In this document: positions 1-11,965 of the stretch, one piece after another
Layout: every line of letters starts with the position of its first letter
Position numbering within the stretch: the stretch's first letter is position 1
Origin: Octopus vulgaris
Taxonomy: Eukaryota
Direction of reading: 5' to 3'
Assembly (NCBI GenBank): GCA_951406725.2
Contig: OX597815.1
Coordinates: forward strand, 179,118,001 to 179,182,000
Length of the DNA: 64,000 nucleotides
Program-made: the position numbers and the translations under genes
The notes under the pieces: generated by a model
What the model saw: the letters and a program-made list of their open reading frames with translations, nothing else
Database searches by the model: none
Told to the model about the DNA's origin: nothing

Positions 1-643
1 TTTGAAGCTACTACTTTTTATATTATTCATTAAATAAGATCGAAACATCGCAGTGCTTGCCACTGACGATAGTTTTACGGGCTATTAATAACGGCTTCAA
101 ATCTTGGCACAGGGCTTGCAGTTTTTGAGGGGAGGAGGAAATAGATTGCATCGACTCCAGCGCTTGACTAATACTAATAATTACGGGAAACTAATAACAT
201 GCACTTTTGTGCCTCCACACTTCTTGCCGTCTAATGCTTTACCACCAATTGTCTTGCAGTGTCTCTCGTGAGCCACCCAGCATCGACGAGGCGGCGTGAG
301 CAGCTACCCAGTAGATCCGTGTCATACACAATCTTTTTCCAATGAAATAAAGCAATACGCAGTCTTATGTAATCCATATCTGAATACATAATTACTACTA
401 ATAATATGAGGCCCGCAGATTCCATGCAGCTTAGACTCTGTACAATCAGCAATCAACATTAAAACGTACAACTGATACAATACATACGAAACGCAATTAG
501 CCAATAAAATAACACAATTCACATATTACATACTTTGAATAACAAACGACTCAAACACGTAAACAAATGTAACAGGAGAACGCATAAACAGATGTAAATC
601 GCCGTATAAATAATATAAAAAAATATCAATGATATTTCATATA

Positions 644-863
644 CTCTTTCACTCTTTCACTTGTTTCAATCATTTGACTGTGACCATGCTGGAGCACTGC
701 CTTTAGTCGAGCAAATCGACCCCAGGACTTATTCTTTGTAAGCATAGTACTTATTCTATCGGTCTCTTTTGCCGAACCGCTAAGTTACGGGGTCGTAAAC
801 ACACCAGCATCGGTTGTCAAGCGATGTTGGGGGGACAAACACAGACACATAAACACATACACA

Positions 864-916
<53 letters not shown>

Positions 917-1060
917 GACGGGCATCTTTCAGTTTCCGTCTACCAAATCCACTCACAAGGCTTTCGTCAGCCCGAGGCTAAGACACTTGCCCGAGGTGCC
1001 GCGCAGTGGGAATGAACCCGGAACCATGTGGTTTGTAAGCAAACTACTTACCACACAGAC
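644..1060 (-). mobile_element. tRNA-derived SINE, family B (CORE-like body, internal TA/CA microsatellite)
   Basis: Reverse complement matches the full copy at 42007-42456 (head ..gtgtggtaagtag..ggttccgggttca, gcaccttgggcaagtgtctt body, ccagcatgg..tgactgaaacaag tail). Confidence 0.85.
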
Positions 1061-1279
1061 ACAATCATGGCATCAGCAAAGAGGAATTGTCTGCGATAAA
1101 GTGTCAAATATAAAAGTTGTGGCTGGGTATTCCGTCACTTTCAAGCACGATTTACCAAATGGTATATTTGAACTCAGGATTAACAGAACACTTTAAAAAA
1201 TTCGTGATGACAAAACATTCTTTACATATTTTACATAAACAGATGAAACACACAAACCGATATCGCATAGAAACACTAT

Positions 1280-2001
1280 TTTACACCGTAGAGTCAAGTA
1301 GAGTGCGTGACCTGGGGTTTGATATGAGCAACGACGCCTCGTTTCATGTACATATCACTAAGATGGTAGCAATATGCAGGCGAATGACTAGATGGATTCT
1401 GAAAATCTTCAAGATAAGGGACCAAGAAACTATACGGGTTCTACGGAGGACATTTCTCCTCAGCCATCCGAGTAACTGCTCTCAATTGTGGTCACCCCAC
1501 AGTGTCAGATTAATAGTGAAACTTGAGACAGTTCAGCAGTGCTGCACAATGGAACAACTGAGCAACTGAGAGAGGCTGAAAGAGTTGGTTGCGATTCTAT
1601 TCCTTGGAACGAAGAAAGGAGAGATATGCGGTGATATACATATGAAAGATCTGAGGAGGTTTGGCACCAAACTTTGGACGTCAATGCAATGTTGCAAAGG
1701 TCCCAAACATTCCATCGAGAGCGAAGACCATGTACGGCAATAGCTTGGAATTCAAATACCCACTGTTATGTAATACCACACTAAAACATTTGTGAGATGG
1801 ACATGGAGTAGGGCGAGATGTCTTTAAGAAACAACTTGATCTGCTGTTCAAGGTCCCAGATGAGCCTACATGACGACAAGAAGCTCATAAGAAGGTAGTA
1901 ATATCGATCTCTCCCTTTCACCAAAAGTCATTGAAAAGGTGATCATACTGGTGACGTGACGTTCCAGCATGGCCACAACATTTGGGCTGAATCACTTAAA
2001 A

Positions 2002-2002
<1 letters not shown>
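1280..2002 (+). mobile_element. 3' fragment of a CR1/L2-like LINE (RT C-terminus plus 3' tail), degraded
   Basis: Translates to VRDLGFDMSNDASFHVHI..WILKIF..CSQLWSPH..KLETVQ, then ERLKEL..YSLERR with frameshifts. Ends in ccagcatggccacaac..gctgaa followed by (TA)n. Confidence 0.75.
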
Positions 2003-2056
<54 letters not shown>

Positions 2057-2092
2057 TACATATATGTATCTATATATATGTATATATGTATA

Positions 2093-2123
<31 letters not shown>

Positions 2124-2214
2124 CACACGTGACCACACGTGACCGACCAGTCCATCAGATGTAGTTACACATCGCTGGTCACAATGCGTTCGCATTGTTT
2201 TAGCCTTCGAATGA

Positions 2215-2348
2215 CGCCACCCTGCCGGAGCCTCGTGGAGATTTTAGGTGTTTTCGCTCAATAAACACTCACAACGCCCGGTCTGGAAATCGAAACCGCG
2301 ATCCTACAACCGCGAGTCCGCTGCCCTAACCATTGGGTCATTGCACCT

Positions 2349-2351
<3 letters not shown>
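2215..2351 (-). mobile_element. SINE family A, 5' head only
   Basis: Reverse complement ggaggtgcaatgacccaatggttagggcagcggactcgcgg..ggtttcgatt has pol III A/B-box-like motifs and matches 5669 and 22546. Confidence 0.8.
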
Positions 2352-2384
<33 letters not shown>

Positions 2385-2396
<12 letters not shown>

Positions 2397-2409
2397 GTGA
2401 GTGCGTGTG

Positions 2410-2450
<41 letters not shown>

Positions 2451-2950
2451 GGCGGTGCCCCAGCATGGCCACAGCTCGTGAGCTGAAACTAGAATGAATC
2501 AATCAATCATATATATATATATACTAGTAAAAATAAGGTACTCAGAAATCTGGGTGGTTGTACATTTACAGATTTTTATTAAAATGTCACGTTTTTTATA
2601 AATCATATATTAGCGCTTGCATCTACTCTAGATTTGAATTTTTTGAGGTGATTCGCCTCTTTTTATGGTGTTGTTGAGTGTGTAGGGGTGGATATATATA
2701 TATATATATCCACCCCTACACACTCAACAACACCATAAAAAGAGGCGAATCACCTCAAAAAATTCAAATCTAGAGTAGATGCAAGCGCTAATATATGATT
2801 TATAAAAAACGTGACATTTTAATAAAAATCTGTAAATGTACAACCACCCAGATTTCTGAGTACCTTATTTTTACTAGTATATATATATATATGATTGATT
2901 GATTCATTCTAGTTTCAGCTCACGAGCTGTGGCCATGCTGGGGCACCGCC

Positions 2951-3009
<59 letters not shown>

Positions 3010-3031
3010 CACACGCACTCACATATACATA
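2385..3031. repeat. Long essentially perfect palindrome centred on a (TA)n tract at 2691-2710
   Basis: 2447-2690 is the exact reverse complement of 2711-2954. Symmetry continues through the flanking TA and TG tracts. Confidence 0.95.
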
Positions 3032-4629
3032 TTTGTTGGGTCTGGAAGAAGGGACAGTACCCATTGCGTTCACAACTTCTTCGAGAAAGATATGAGAGTG
3101 CGGGTTACAGAGATGAGTACGTCAACACAAGACCAGCCAAATGTACCGTGTAGTCGCCATTATAAGGGTCATAGAAAAGAGAAGGAGACGAGACACGACT
3201 CTGATATATTCCATGTAAGACGAACCAACTCGTAGATTATCAGGAAGACTAATATCGATCGGGTAGTCCCAACCACACATCGATTTTATATCTGGTTAAA
3301 TAATATTAGCAAGAGGACAATAGGTGACAAGACGACAAGAGATCAATAGGTTATGAGTTCAAATCAACTGTTGGTTTTCTATTGTATTCCTAGCTACAGC
3401 ATATCCACCATTTAATATTTCTTCCGATCATCTTGGAATTCACCGAGGTGTGCTATTTATTTCTTATGAATTTTTAAAGATTTACAACTTCATAGTATTT
3501 AAAAAAATATTTTATCACAAATAGTTTATTCTATTAATATATACGGTATAATCAAATATTAATTCTTTTTTTTTTACATTCCATCTCTCTTTCTCTCTCT
3601 CACAACACACACAACACAAACACACGCATGCCCACAAACATACATTCACACTAACACGCCTACATATATACACATAAAGACGTTATATTTGGCTTTTTTT
3701 AATAATACAAAATAAAAGTCTTTCAAAACCTTTTCTATCGTAGTAGAAACACGCACACATATAACTTCATCAACTCAATACCTAAATGCAAATGTGCTGT
3801 TCGAGCAACACAAGCGCTATGTATGTATGTATGTATTATATATATATATATATATATGTACGTATATATATGTGCCTGTGTGTTACAATCTTATCGTTCT
3901 GTTGCAATGAGATAGAGTTGCTTCTAGACATTTTATTTTGCTATTTTCTTCACTTAGTTGAGGCATTTTTTATCCAACTATAAATTTAGTTCGTTTTTTT
4001 ATGAACAAATCACTCGGAAACATGACGTTTCTTTGGCTTTGGGAGACAAAATAAATACCATCTATCCTTCGATCTAAAAATTCACTGTTTTTTTTAAACA
4101 GCTTATATATATTTGGACATCTTTTATTATAGAAAATTACGAATCCGGCCTTTCAGAAAAATTAAAAAACGTACTTTGTGTCTTATAACATTTCTGATAA
4201 ATAATTTTTACTACTTACGAATTTAATCTTGATTTTTGTTTAGCACCTGGGCAGTTGATTAGTAGGACGGTTAGAGTATTTGACGAGGTGCCTCGCGGTA
4301 AACAGTTGTAGCTCTTGGCATTTGGATAACTTCGACATGTAATATACGAAAACGAGGCTAAGCAGGTTGTTGATACTGGATCAAATCTGACTGACGAAGG
4401 CCTTAGAATATTGAGCTTCAGCAGTAAACATCCCCTCTTTTTTTTTCTCTCTGGCATAATATGCGTCTGATCACATGATTCGATTTATTACTCTAGCTTA
4501 AAGCAGTAGAATGAAATTTAAGGGAAATTTCACTTATTTCTAGCAAATAAAACCTCCACGTAGAGGCAAGATTTTAGTTGAGAGTGGAAACAAATAACGC
4601 TAGGTATCCAGTCTGACACTAACAATTTT

Positions 4630-5155
4630 GGATCTTTTCCTTTTGAACGGCAGTTTTCAACACAATTTCTAGTTAACTAAACACTTTTAAACTTCGTATA
4701 CTGGTAGAATGTGTTTATAAAACATCATTTTTTCTTGGCTTTATTGAGAAAATTCTATAGTTTGTAACATATTTCCACTTTGAAATCGAGCATTTCGGCA
4801 ATTTTAACCAATCGCTCACCTCCATTTGGAGTGAAAACATTCCGTGCTGTATGAATATGTCCCTCAGAAACAGATTGGGTTTATTTACATTTGAGAAGAA
4901 AAAAAGATACCCTTCCCCCACCCCTAACCCTAACCTTAACCCTAACTCTAACTAACCCTAAATCTAAAACAGATTGAAATGCAATAGATCGATACTAGGG
5001 TTATAATTATGGGTGACATTTTCATACGACACCGCTACGGAAAATGGGTTTTTTTTTCTAGCGGTTATAAACACATTCTACCAGTATACGAAGTTTAAAA
5101 GTGTTTAGTTAACTAGAAATTGTGTTGACATATGCCGTTCAAAAGGAAAAGATCC
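4630..5155. mobile_element. MITE with ~90-bp TIRs (GGATC...GATCC), 7-bp TSD CAATTTT and internal (CCCTAA)n-like tract
   Basis: ggatcttttccttttgaacggca.. versus ..tgccgttcaaaaggaaaagatcc. caatttt lies at 4623-4629 and 5156-5162. Telomere-like repeats at ~4922-4960. Confidence 0.9.
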
Positions 5156-5668
5156 CAATTTTATCAATCCAGTCATCGATCAAAAAAAAAAAAAAAAAAA
5201 GAGGATAAAATGCAAAGTTGACTCCGGTGGGATTCGAACTCAGAACGTATATGAGTTGGAACAAATAACGCAAAACACTCCATTCTCTGCCCTGATAATT
5301 CTGCCAGTTAAACGCACGAGTTCTAATTTTACAACAAATTCACTAAAACTACCATACATAAATAAGTAACCTAATTCTGTAGTTCTTGAAGACGTCAGAC
5401 ATGAATATTCCCAGCCCAGCGATAAACAAACGAGAAGCAAACACGACATGCTTCTCGTCTACAATAACATTGCAACGAAAATCTATCATTAAAACAATTT
5501 CATCCAGAAAAAAATTCATGTTTAGACAAGATAAAAAAAGAAAAAGAGAAAATAGGAAATACAAAATATCTTTAACAAAAATAAAATGAGAATTAAAGAC
5601 AGCGAAATGAAGGATAATTTTCATTTTAATAATTCGCACCCACGCACACACATACACACGAACACATG

Positions 5669-6050
5669 TGGAGGTGCAATGACCCGGTGGGTAGGGGAGC
5701 GGACCCGTTGTCATAAGATCGCGGTTTCGATTCCCATACCTGGCGTTGTGAGTGTTTATTGAGCGAAAACGCCTAAAGCTCCACGATGCTCTGGCAGCAG
5801 GTGGTGGCGAACCCTGCTGTATTCCTTCACCACAGCTTTCTCGCACTCTTTCTTCCTGTTTCTGTTGTACCTGTATTTCAAAGGGGCCAGCCTTGTCACA
5901 CTCTGTGTCATGCTGAATCTCCCCGAGAACTAAGTTAAGGGTATACATGTCTGTGGAGTGCTCGGCCACTTGCACGTTAATTTCACGAGCAGGCTGTTCC
6001 ATTGATCGGATCAACTGGAGCCCTCGTCGTCGTAACCGACGGTGTGCCAC
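5669..6050 (+). mobile_element. tRNA-derived SINE family A, full length
   Basis: tRNA-like head, with body and tail (..gatcaactggagccctcgtcgtcgtaaccgacgg) shared with 22165-22546 and 34669-35040. Confidence 0.85.
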
Positions 6051-6072
6051 GATATAACCACATACATATGCA

Positions 6073-6136
<64 letters not shown>

Positions 6137-6327
6137 TACATTATATAAAAGGGCTTAGTAAAATAAATTACTTTGCCGCATACTGAACTCATTAGAAATA
6201 GCAGCTAAAAAACTTTTTAAAGCTATTTCTAATACTTAAAGAAAATCTCTCTCATATAGTGCTTGCTTAACTCAACTCACGAAAGTTTGGGGGTAAAGAC
6301 ATCAAAAAATCAAATGCAAAGGTTATT

Positions 6328-6379
6328 TGAGAACGTACGTTTCAAGATTAGTCAACACGACACTTCTATCATCAGCTCA
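6328..6379 (-). ncRNA. Minimal type I hammerhead ribozyme motif (array unit 1)
   Basis: Minus strand: TGAG-CTGATGA-tagaagtgtcgtgttgactaatctt-GAAA-CGTACG-TT-CTCA. 4-bp stem I, imperfect stem II, palindromic helix III. Confidence 0.7.
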
Positions 6380-6887
6380 GAAACTCCTTGGTTTGGATTT
6401 GAAAACACTGAAAGTGAGAGCATACCCTTCCGGCTTCTCATCGCTTTCGAAGATCTGCTCGTAACTAACAGTGCCAACAAACTCAGACATGCAAGCGAAG
6501 AATTTCAGTTCTCCCCTTTCCACCAGCGTGGGTTAAAATCAGCAAACACTATGCTTATTTCGGTGAAATCCGAAGCATTAATTAGAGGGAGATTAATTAT
6601 AATTTCAACAATTGAGGGTAAAATTAATTAATTATTAATCAATTTCACCAAGTGTTCAGTATGCAAAGGGACCATTTAAGGCGAATTCAAATTATTACAT
6701 TATATAAAAGGGCTTAGTAAAATAAATTACTTTGCCGCATACTGAACTCATTAGAAATAGCAGCTAAAAAACTTTTTTAAAGCTATTTCTAATACTTAAA
6801 GAAAATCTCTCTCATATAGTGCTTGCTTAACTCAACTCACGAAAGTTTGGGGGTAAAGACATCAAAAAATCAAATGCAAAGGTTATT

Positions 6888-6939
6888 TGAGAACGTACGT
6901 TTCAAGATTAGTCAACACGACACTTCTATCATCAGCTCA
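6888..6939 (-). ncRNA. Hammerhead ribozyme motif (array unit 2)
   Basis: Identical to 6328-6379. Confidence 0.7.
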
Positions 6940-7446
6940 GAAACTCCTTGGTTTGGATTTGAAAACACTGAAAGTGAGAGCATACCCTTCCGGCTTCTCA
7001 TCGCTTTCGAAGATCTGCTCGTAACTAACAGTGCCAACAAACTCAGACATGCAAGCGAAGAATTTCAGTTCTCCCCTTTCCACCAGCGTGGGTTAAAATC
7101 AGCAAACACTATGCTTATTTCGGTAAAATCCGAAGCATTAATTAGAGGGAGATTAATTATAATTTCAACAATTGAGGGTAAAATTAATTAATTATTAATC
7201 AATTTCACCAAGTGTTCAGTATGCAAAGGGACCATTTAAGGCGAATTCAAATTATTACATTATATAAAAGGGCTTAGTAAAATAAATTACTTTGCCGCAT
7301 ACTGAACTCATTAGAAATAGCAGCTAAAAAACTTTTTTAAAGCTATTTCTAATACTTAAAGAAAATCTCTCTCATATAGTGCTTGCTTAACTCAACTCAC
7401 GAAAGTTTGGGGTAAAGACATCAAAAAATCAAATGCAAAGGTTATT

Positions 7447-7498
7447 TGAGAACGTACGTTTCAAGATTAGTCAACACGACACTTCTATCATCAGCTCA
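7447..7498 (-). ncRNA. Hammerhead ribozyme motif (array unit 3)
   Basis: Identical to 6328-6379. Confidence 0.7.
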
Positions 7499-7802
7499 GA
7501 AACTCCTTGGTTTGGATTTGAAAACACTGAAAGTGAGAGCATACCCTTCCGGCTTCTCATCGCTTTCGAAGATCTGCTCGTAACTAACAGTGCCAACAAA
7601 CTCAGACATGCAAGCGAAGAATTTCAGTTCATAGTGTTTGCTGATTTTAACCCACGCTGGTGGAAAGGGGAGAACTGAAATTCTTCGCTTGCATGTCTGA
7701 GTTTGTTGGCACTGTTAGTTACGAGCAGATCTTCGAAAGCGATGAGAAGCCGGAAAATATGCTCTCACTTTCAGTGTTTTCAAATCCAAACCAAGGAGTT
7801 TC

Positions 7803-7854
7803 TGAGCTGATGATAGAAGTGTCGTGTTGACTAATCTTGAAACGTACGTTCTCA
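7803..7854 (+). ncRNA. Hammerhead ribozyme motif (inverted unit)
   Basis: tgag ctgatga ... gaaa cgtacg tt ctca read directly on the plus strand. Confidence 0.7.
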
Positions 7855-8140
7855 AATAACCTTTGCATTTGATTTTTTGATGTCTTTACCCCCAAACTTT
7901 CGTGAGTTGAGTTAAGCAAGCACTATATGAGAGAGATTTTCTTTAAGTATTAGAAATAGCTTTAAAAAAGTTTTTTAGCTGCTATTTCTAATGAGTTCAG
8001 TATGCGGCAAAGTAATTTATTTTACTAAGCCCTTTTATATAATGTAATAATTTGAATTCGCCTTAAATGGTCCCTTTGCATACTGAACACTTGGTGAAAT
8101 TGATTAATAATTAATTAATTTTACCCTCAATTGTTGAAAT

Positions 8141-8172
<32 letters not shown>

Positions 8173-8206
8173 ATTGTATGTGTATGCATATTATTTATTT
8201 ATGTAT

Positions 8207-8348
8207 AGTTCAAATTCCGCCGAGGTCGACTTTGCCCTTCACCTTTTCGGGGTCGATGAAACAAGTACCAGTTATGCACTGGGGTCGATGTAATCGACTA
8301 TCCTCTCCTGACCATAATTTTCAAGGCCTTTTGCCTTGAGTAGAAATA
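8207..8348 (+). mobile_element. SINE family C (MetaSINE-like core), partial
   Basis: gttcaaattccgccgaggtcgactttgccc..ttcggggtcgat..aagtaccag. Confidence 0.8.
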
Positions 8349-8375
8349 ATCATTTATTTATGTATATATACATGA

Positions 8376-8535
8376 TGACGCATGGCTCAGTGGTTAGAGC
8401 GTCGGCCTTTGAGTCATAAGGTTGTGGGTTCGATTCCCGGACCGGGCTGTGTGTTATGTTCTTGAGCAAGACAATTTATTTCACGTTACTCCTGTTTAGC
8501 TGTCTAAATGAGTTGTGACGTCACTGGTGCCAAGC
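8376..8535 (+). mobile_element. tRNA-derived SINE head with CORE-like segment, partial
   Basis: tggctcagtggttagagcg..ggttcgattccc (A/B boxes), then cttgagcaagaca. Confidence 0.7.
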
Positions 8536-8544
8536 TGTGACGTG

Positions 8545-8760
8545 GAGAGGGGATGGATCAATGCTATGTATAGCGACATCGATTCAATCGTCCGGGTGAA
8601 CGGTTTCTTCTCGAAGCCGTTCGCAATCGAACGTTCAGTTCACCAGGGCTGCCCCCTGTCCCCGCTCCTGTATGTGCTGGCTCTTGAGCCATTGCCGCGG
8701 ATGTTAGAGGCCACGGGGAGTGATCTGCGTGAGCTATGTTAAGGTAGGAGAGCGACGGCT
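8545..8760 (+). mobile_element. L1/Tx1-like LINE reverse transcriptase fragment
   Basis: WINAMYS..VRVNGFFSKPFAIERSVHQGCPLSPLLYVLALEPL contains the QGCPLSP RT motif. Confidence 0.85.
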
Positions 8761-8892
8761 CTCATATAAAGTGGAGAATAAGTGAGGGAGAGCATTCAAG
8801 GAAGAGTATCTTGTTTGAGTTTGAAGTGAAAGCAGCTGATTTTATGATGATAAATGTATTTGCACGCATATACTTAAATGCACACACACGCA

Positions 8893-8947
<55 letters not shown>

Positions 8948-9039
8948 ATGAATATGGTACTTAAGTTAGATGCACCAGAATTCTGTCTGGTGTTATCCAT
9001 ATAAATCCATGGGGTCATTGTAATCAAAATAAGCAACAA

Positions 9040-9083
<44 letters not shown>

Positions 9084-9091
9084 CATATATG

Positions 9092-9140
<49 letters not shown>

Positions 9141-9181
9141 GTACATATATATATATGTACATATATATACATATATATGTA

Positions 9182-9269
9182 CAACATTAACAATTAAGGA
9201 ACGGCCATAATAGGCCATTCACCCATGGGTGAATGGCCTATTATGGCCGTTCCTTAATTGTTAATGTTG
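9182..9269. repeat. Perfect 88-bp spacerless palindrome
   Basis: caacattaac...attcaccca|tgggtgaat...gttaatgttg, centre at 9225/9226. Confidence 0.95.
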
Positions 9270-9711
9270 AACTTAAAAAATGGTCTATGACTATTTAATT
9301 TTTTCCCACTGGGCCGCTGGTGGCAAAAAAATTCTACAAAATTTTCCTTGCCACCCTATATTGATTAATTGATTGATTACATATATATGTATATATATAT
9401 ATATATATATATACATATATATATACACACGCATATATGTGTATATATGTATATTAAGTATAAATGTTTATATAAACACATATATGTATATGCACATTTA
9501 TACAGATATGCACATATTAGGCATAGACGGTATATATGTACGTGTACATACACACACACACACACATATATATACACGTGCGAATGGTTGTATATATATA
9601 TGTGTGTGTGTGTGTATGCGTGTCTGTGTGTGTGTGTGTGTATGTGTATGTATGTACGTATACACACACAGACACGCACACACACACATATATATATACA
9701 ACCATTCGCAC

Positions 9712-9786
<75 letters not shown>

Positions 9787-10754
9787 CGTACATATATACC
9801 ATCTGTCAAGATGGCTAATTTTAATTTGTTGTTATGGTATTTTGTAAATGCTGAGCAGAATAATAACCCCAAGAATTGAGTATAGCGTATCTGAAGCAGA
9901 CAGATTATGTAAGTTTAAAGTGAACAGAAGTAAATTTGAATATAAATATAATTTCACTAAAACGATACAGCATTACCGTGGAGATGATATCGCCAAAGAT
10001 GCCATGTAAACAAAGAATCGGGATGGAAAATGTTGTGTCGGTGTGAATTGACGAATAAACAATGTTTTCGAATTTGATTGCATGATGTAATTTGTTCAAG
10101 GTGAATATGACGCGAAGTAATTATTTGCATGAATGAGAAAAGAATTGATAACATTAGTTAGTACGTGCAGAAATTGTAATTGGAAAGATTATAGTAACTA
10201 CAGTTCAGCGTTAAATAATAGCGTAAATGGCTTTCTAGTAAGCGGTCGCTCTTGAATCAATAATGTCATTTGAATTAAGTGATTATAAGATACCAAGCGG
10301 CATGCTTACATATTTAATGAATACTGAACAGCTATAATAAGGTTAAGGAAACTTTAACAGCTGAAGAAATTTGAAGTTTTCGTTGAAATAAAAAATTTTT
10401 AAAAGAAAAAATCAACATAATTTGAAAGATATTCATACACTTATCGTTTTCAACTGGTTGCAGCAGACGATAACGTCTTCGCTCAATCACAGAGTTTTTC
10501 TCTTATTGTTTTCACATTCGGAAGAACGAAAATCTTTGCTTTGACTTGCTGAGACACATTTAATAACAGTTAAATGAAGACTAGCAATTAAAATAATGCT
10601 GTGTGGTAAGAAGCTTGCTTCCCAACCACATGGTTTCGGGTTCAGTCCCACTGCAGGAAACCTTAGTCTTATGTCGACTTCTGAGTGGATTTGGTAGACG
10701 GAAGCTGAAAGAAACATGTATGTATGTATGTATGTATGTATGTATGTATGTATG

Positions 10755-10787
<33 letters not shown>

Positions 10788-10820
10788 TAATCAAAATAAA
10801 AACATGATGCCAAGGATTCA

Positions 10821-10895
10821 GTGGTACATATGTTTCGGGCCTTTATTAGACGGATTTATAACAATGCATGTGTGTCTATGGCCTTCTTCAACCGC
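10821..10895 (-). ncRNA. Hammerhead-like motif (U3 core variant, extended stem II) in a short insert within (TATG)n
   Basis: Minus strand: GCGG-TTGAAGA-A-GGCC-a-TAGAC...GTCTA-ataaa-GGCC-C-GAAA-CATATG-TA-CCAC. Confidence 0.55.
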
Positions 10896-11011
10896 GCACA
10901 ATTACTACCTCAAGGACATGTATTACATCAAAAATTCTACATGTATGTATGTATGTATGTATGTATGTATGTATGTATGTATGTATGTATGTATGTATGT
11001 ATGTATGTATG

Positions 11012-11091
<80 letters not shown>

Positions 11092-11754
11092 GTGTAGATC
11101 TCAAAGATCTAAAGAACACGGAGACTGTTCATCAAATCTTTCTTTTAATTTTACAGTTGGTCGTACAGCATAATTATTTGGTAAAAATGACCGACCCGTG
11201 TTTCTACTGCACGGCGTATGTGCAGTTACACATGCAACCCAGCATAATCTTCTGTGCATCTTCATTGAGGGTCCTCCAACAAGCGTGGTTCGAAGCGAAC
11301 TGAGTTAATTTCTTTATTTGTGGCTAGTTTAAGATACCAAGGGAAGTGATGGGCGATATGTGGCTGTAAAGTTTATTCGTAGACTGACCTCTACTTAACC
11401 CCAGTACATATCGGAAATTGGGAGTTTAAATCTATGTTAAATTAGATCAAATCTTATATGAGTGTTCTAACTGGCTTTTCTCCTGGGTTAAAAGAGATTG
11501 AATAGAGTTAATGCATAACTTTGTTACGTCGATAGAGTCCCAGACCAATCCTACGCACTAATACTCTCTCATACACACACACACACACACACACCCTTAT
11601 ACATACTAATACATACACCAACCCTATACATACACACATCCAGACCCCTCCTACGCACTATTAGCTGGTCCCTCAACCCTTTTATCAACCCTATTATCTC
11701 CCCTTATTTCGCTCTCGCGTCTCATGTTTGATCTTTGACCTCTGGCCGAAATCA

Positions 11755-11965
11755 GATCGCCATGTTGATTCGTTAGCTACTGCTCGCATTTTTTTCTCTC
11801 CTTCTTTCTGTGTTTTTCTCTCTCTGTGTATCTTTCTGTTGAAGAGCGTAGGCTCGAAACGTTAAAGACTTGTTTTATTTATATTTCCTGAGCGCCATAC
11901 TAATACAATTGTTCGTTTGTTTTCCACCTGCCTTCGTCTTTTGTTTATTTTCATAAAGCTTCCCG

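Larger units (their letters stand above)
6136..8143 (-). mobile_element. Penelope pLTR-like / retrozyme-like array: ~2.7 tandem 560-bp units plus an inverted ~513-bp copy, flanked by (TA)n
   Basis: Units start at 6136, 6695 and 7255 and are nearly identical. The inversion begins at 7630. Each unit carries a hammerhead motif. Confidence 0.85.

Noticed and set aside
40-90. GAAAC...CTGACGA possible permuted hammerhead
   Set aside because: Stems do not abut the core correctly.
3033-3495. Possible solo LTR starting TGTTGGG
   Set aside because: I found no convincing terminal inverted CA end, TSD or second copy.
4922-4960. Telomere or chromosome-fusion remnant
   Set aside because: The tract is short, degenerate and internal to a MITE with TIRs and a TSD.
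6263-7191. Repeated 122-aa ORF in the 560-bp unit
   Set aside because: It starts at TTG, has no recognisable domain, is antisense to the ribozyme and is frameshifted in other units. Its identity only reflects the repeat.
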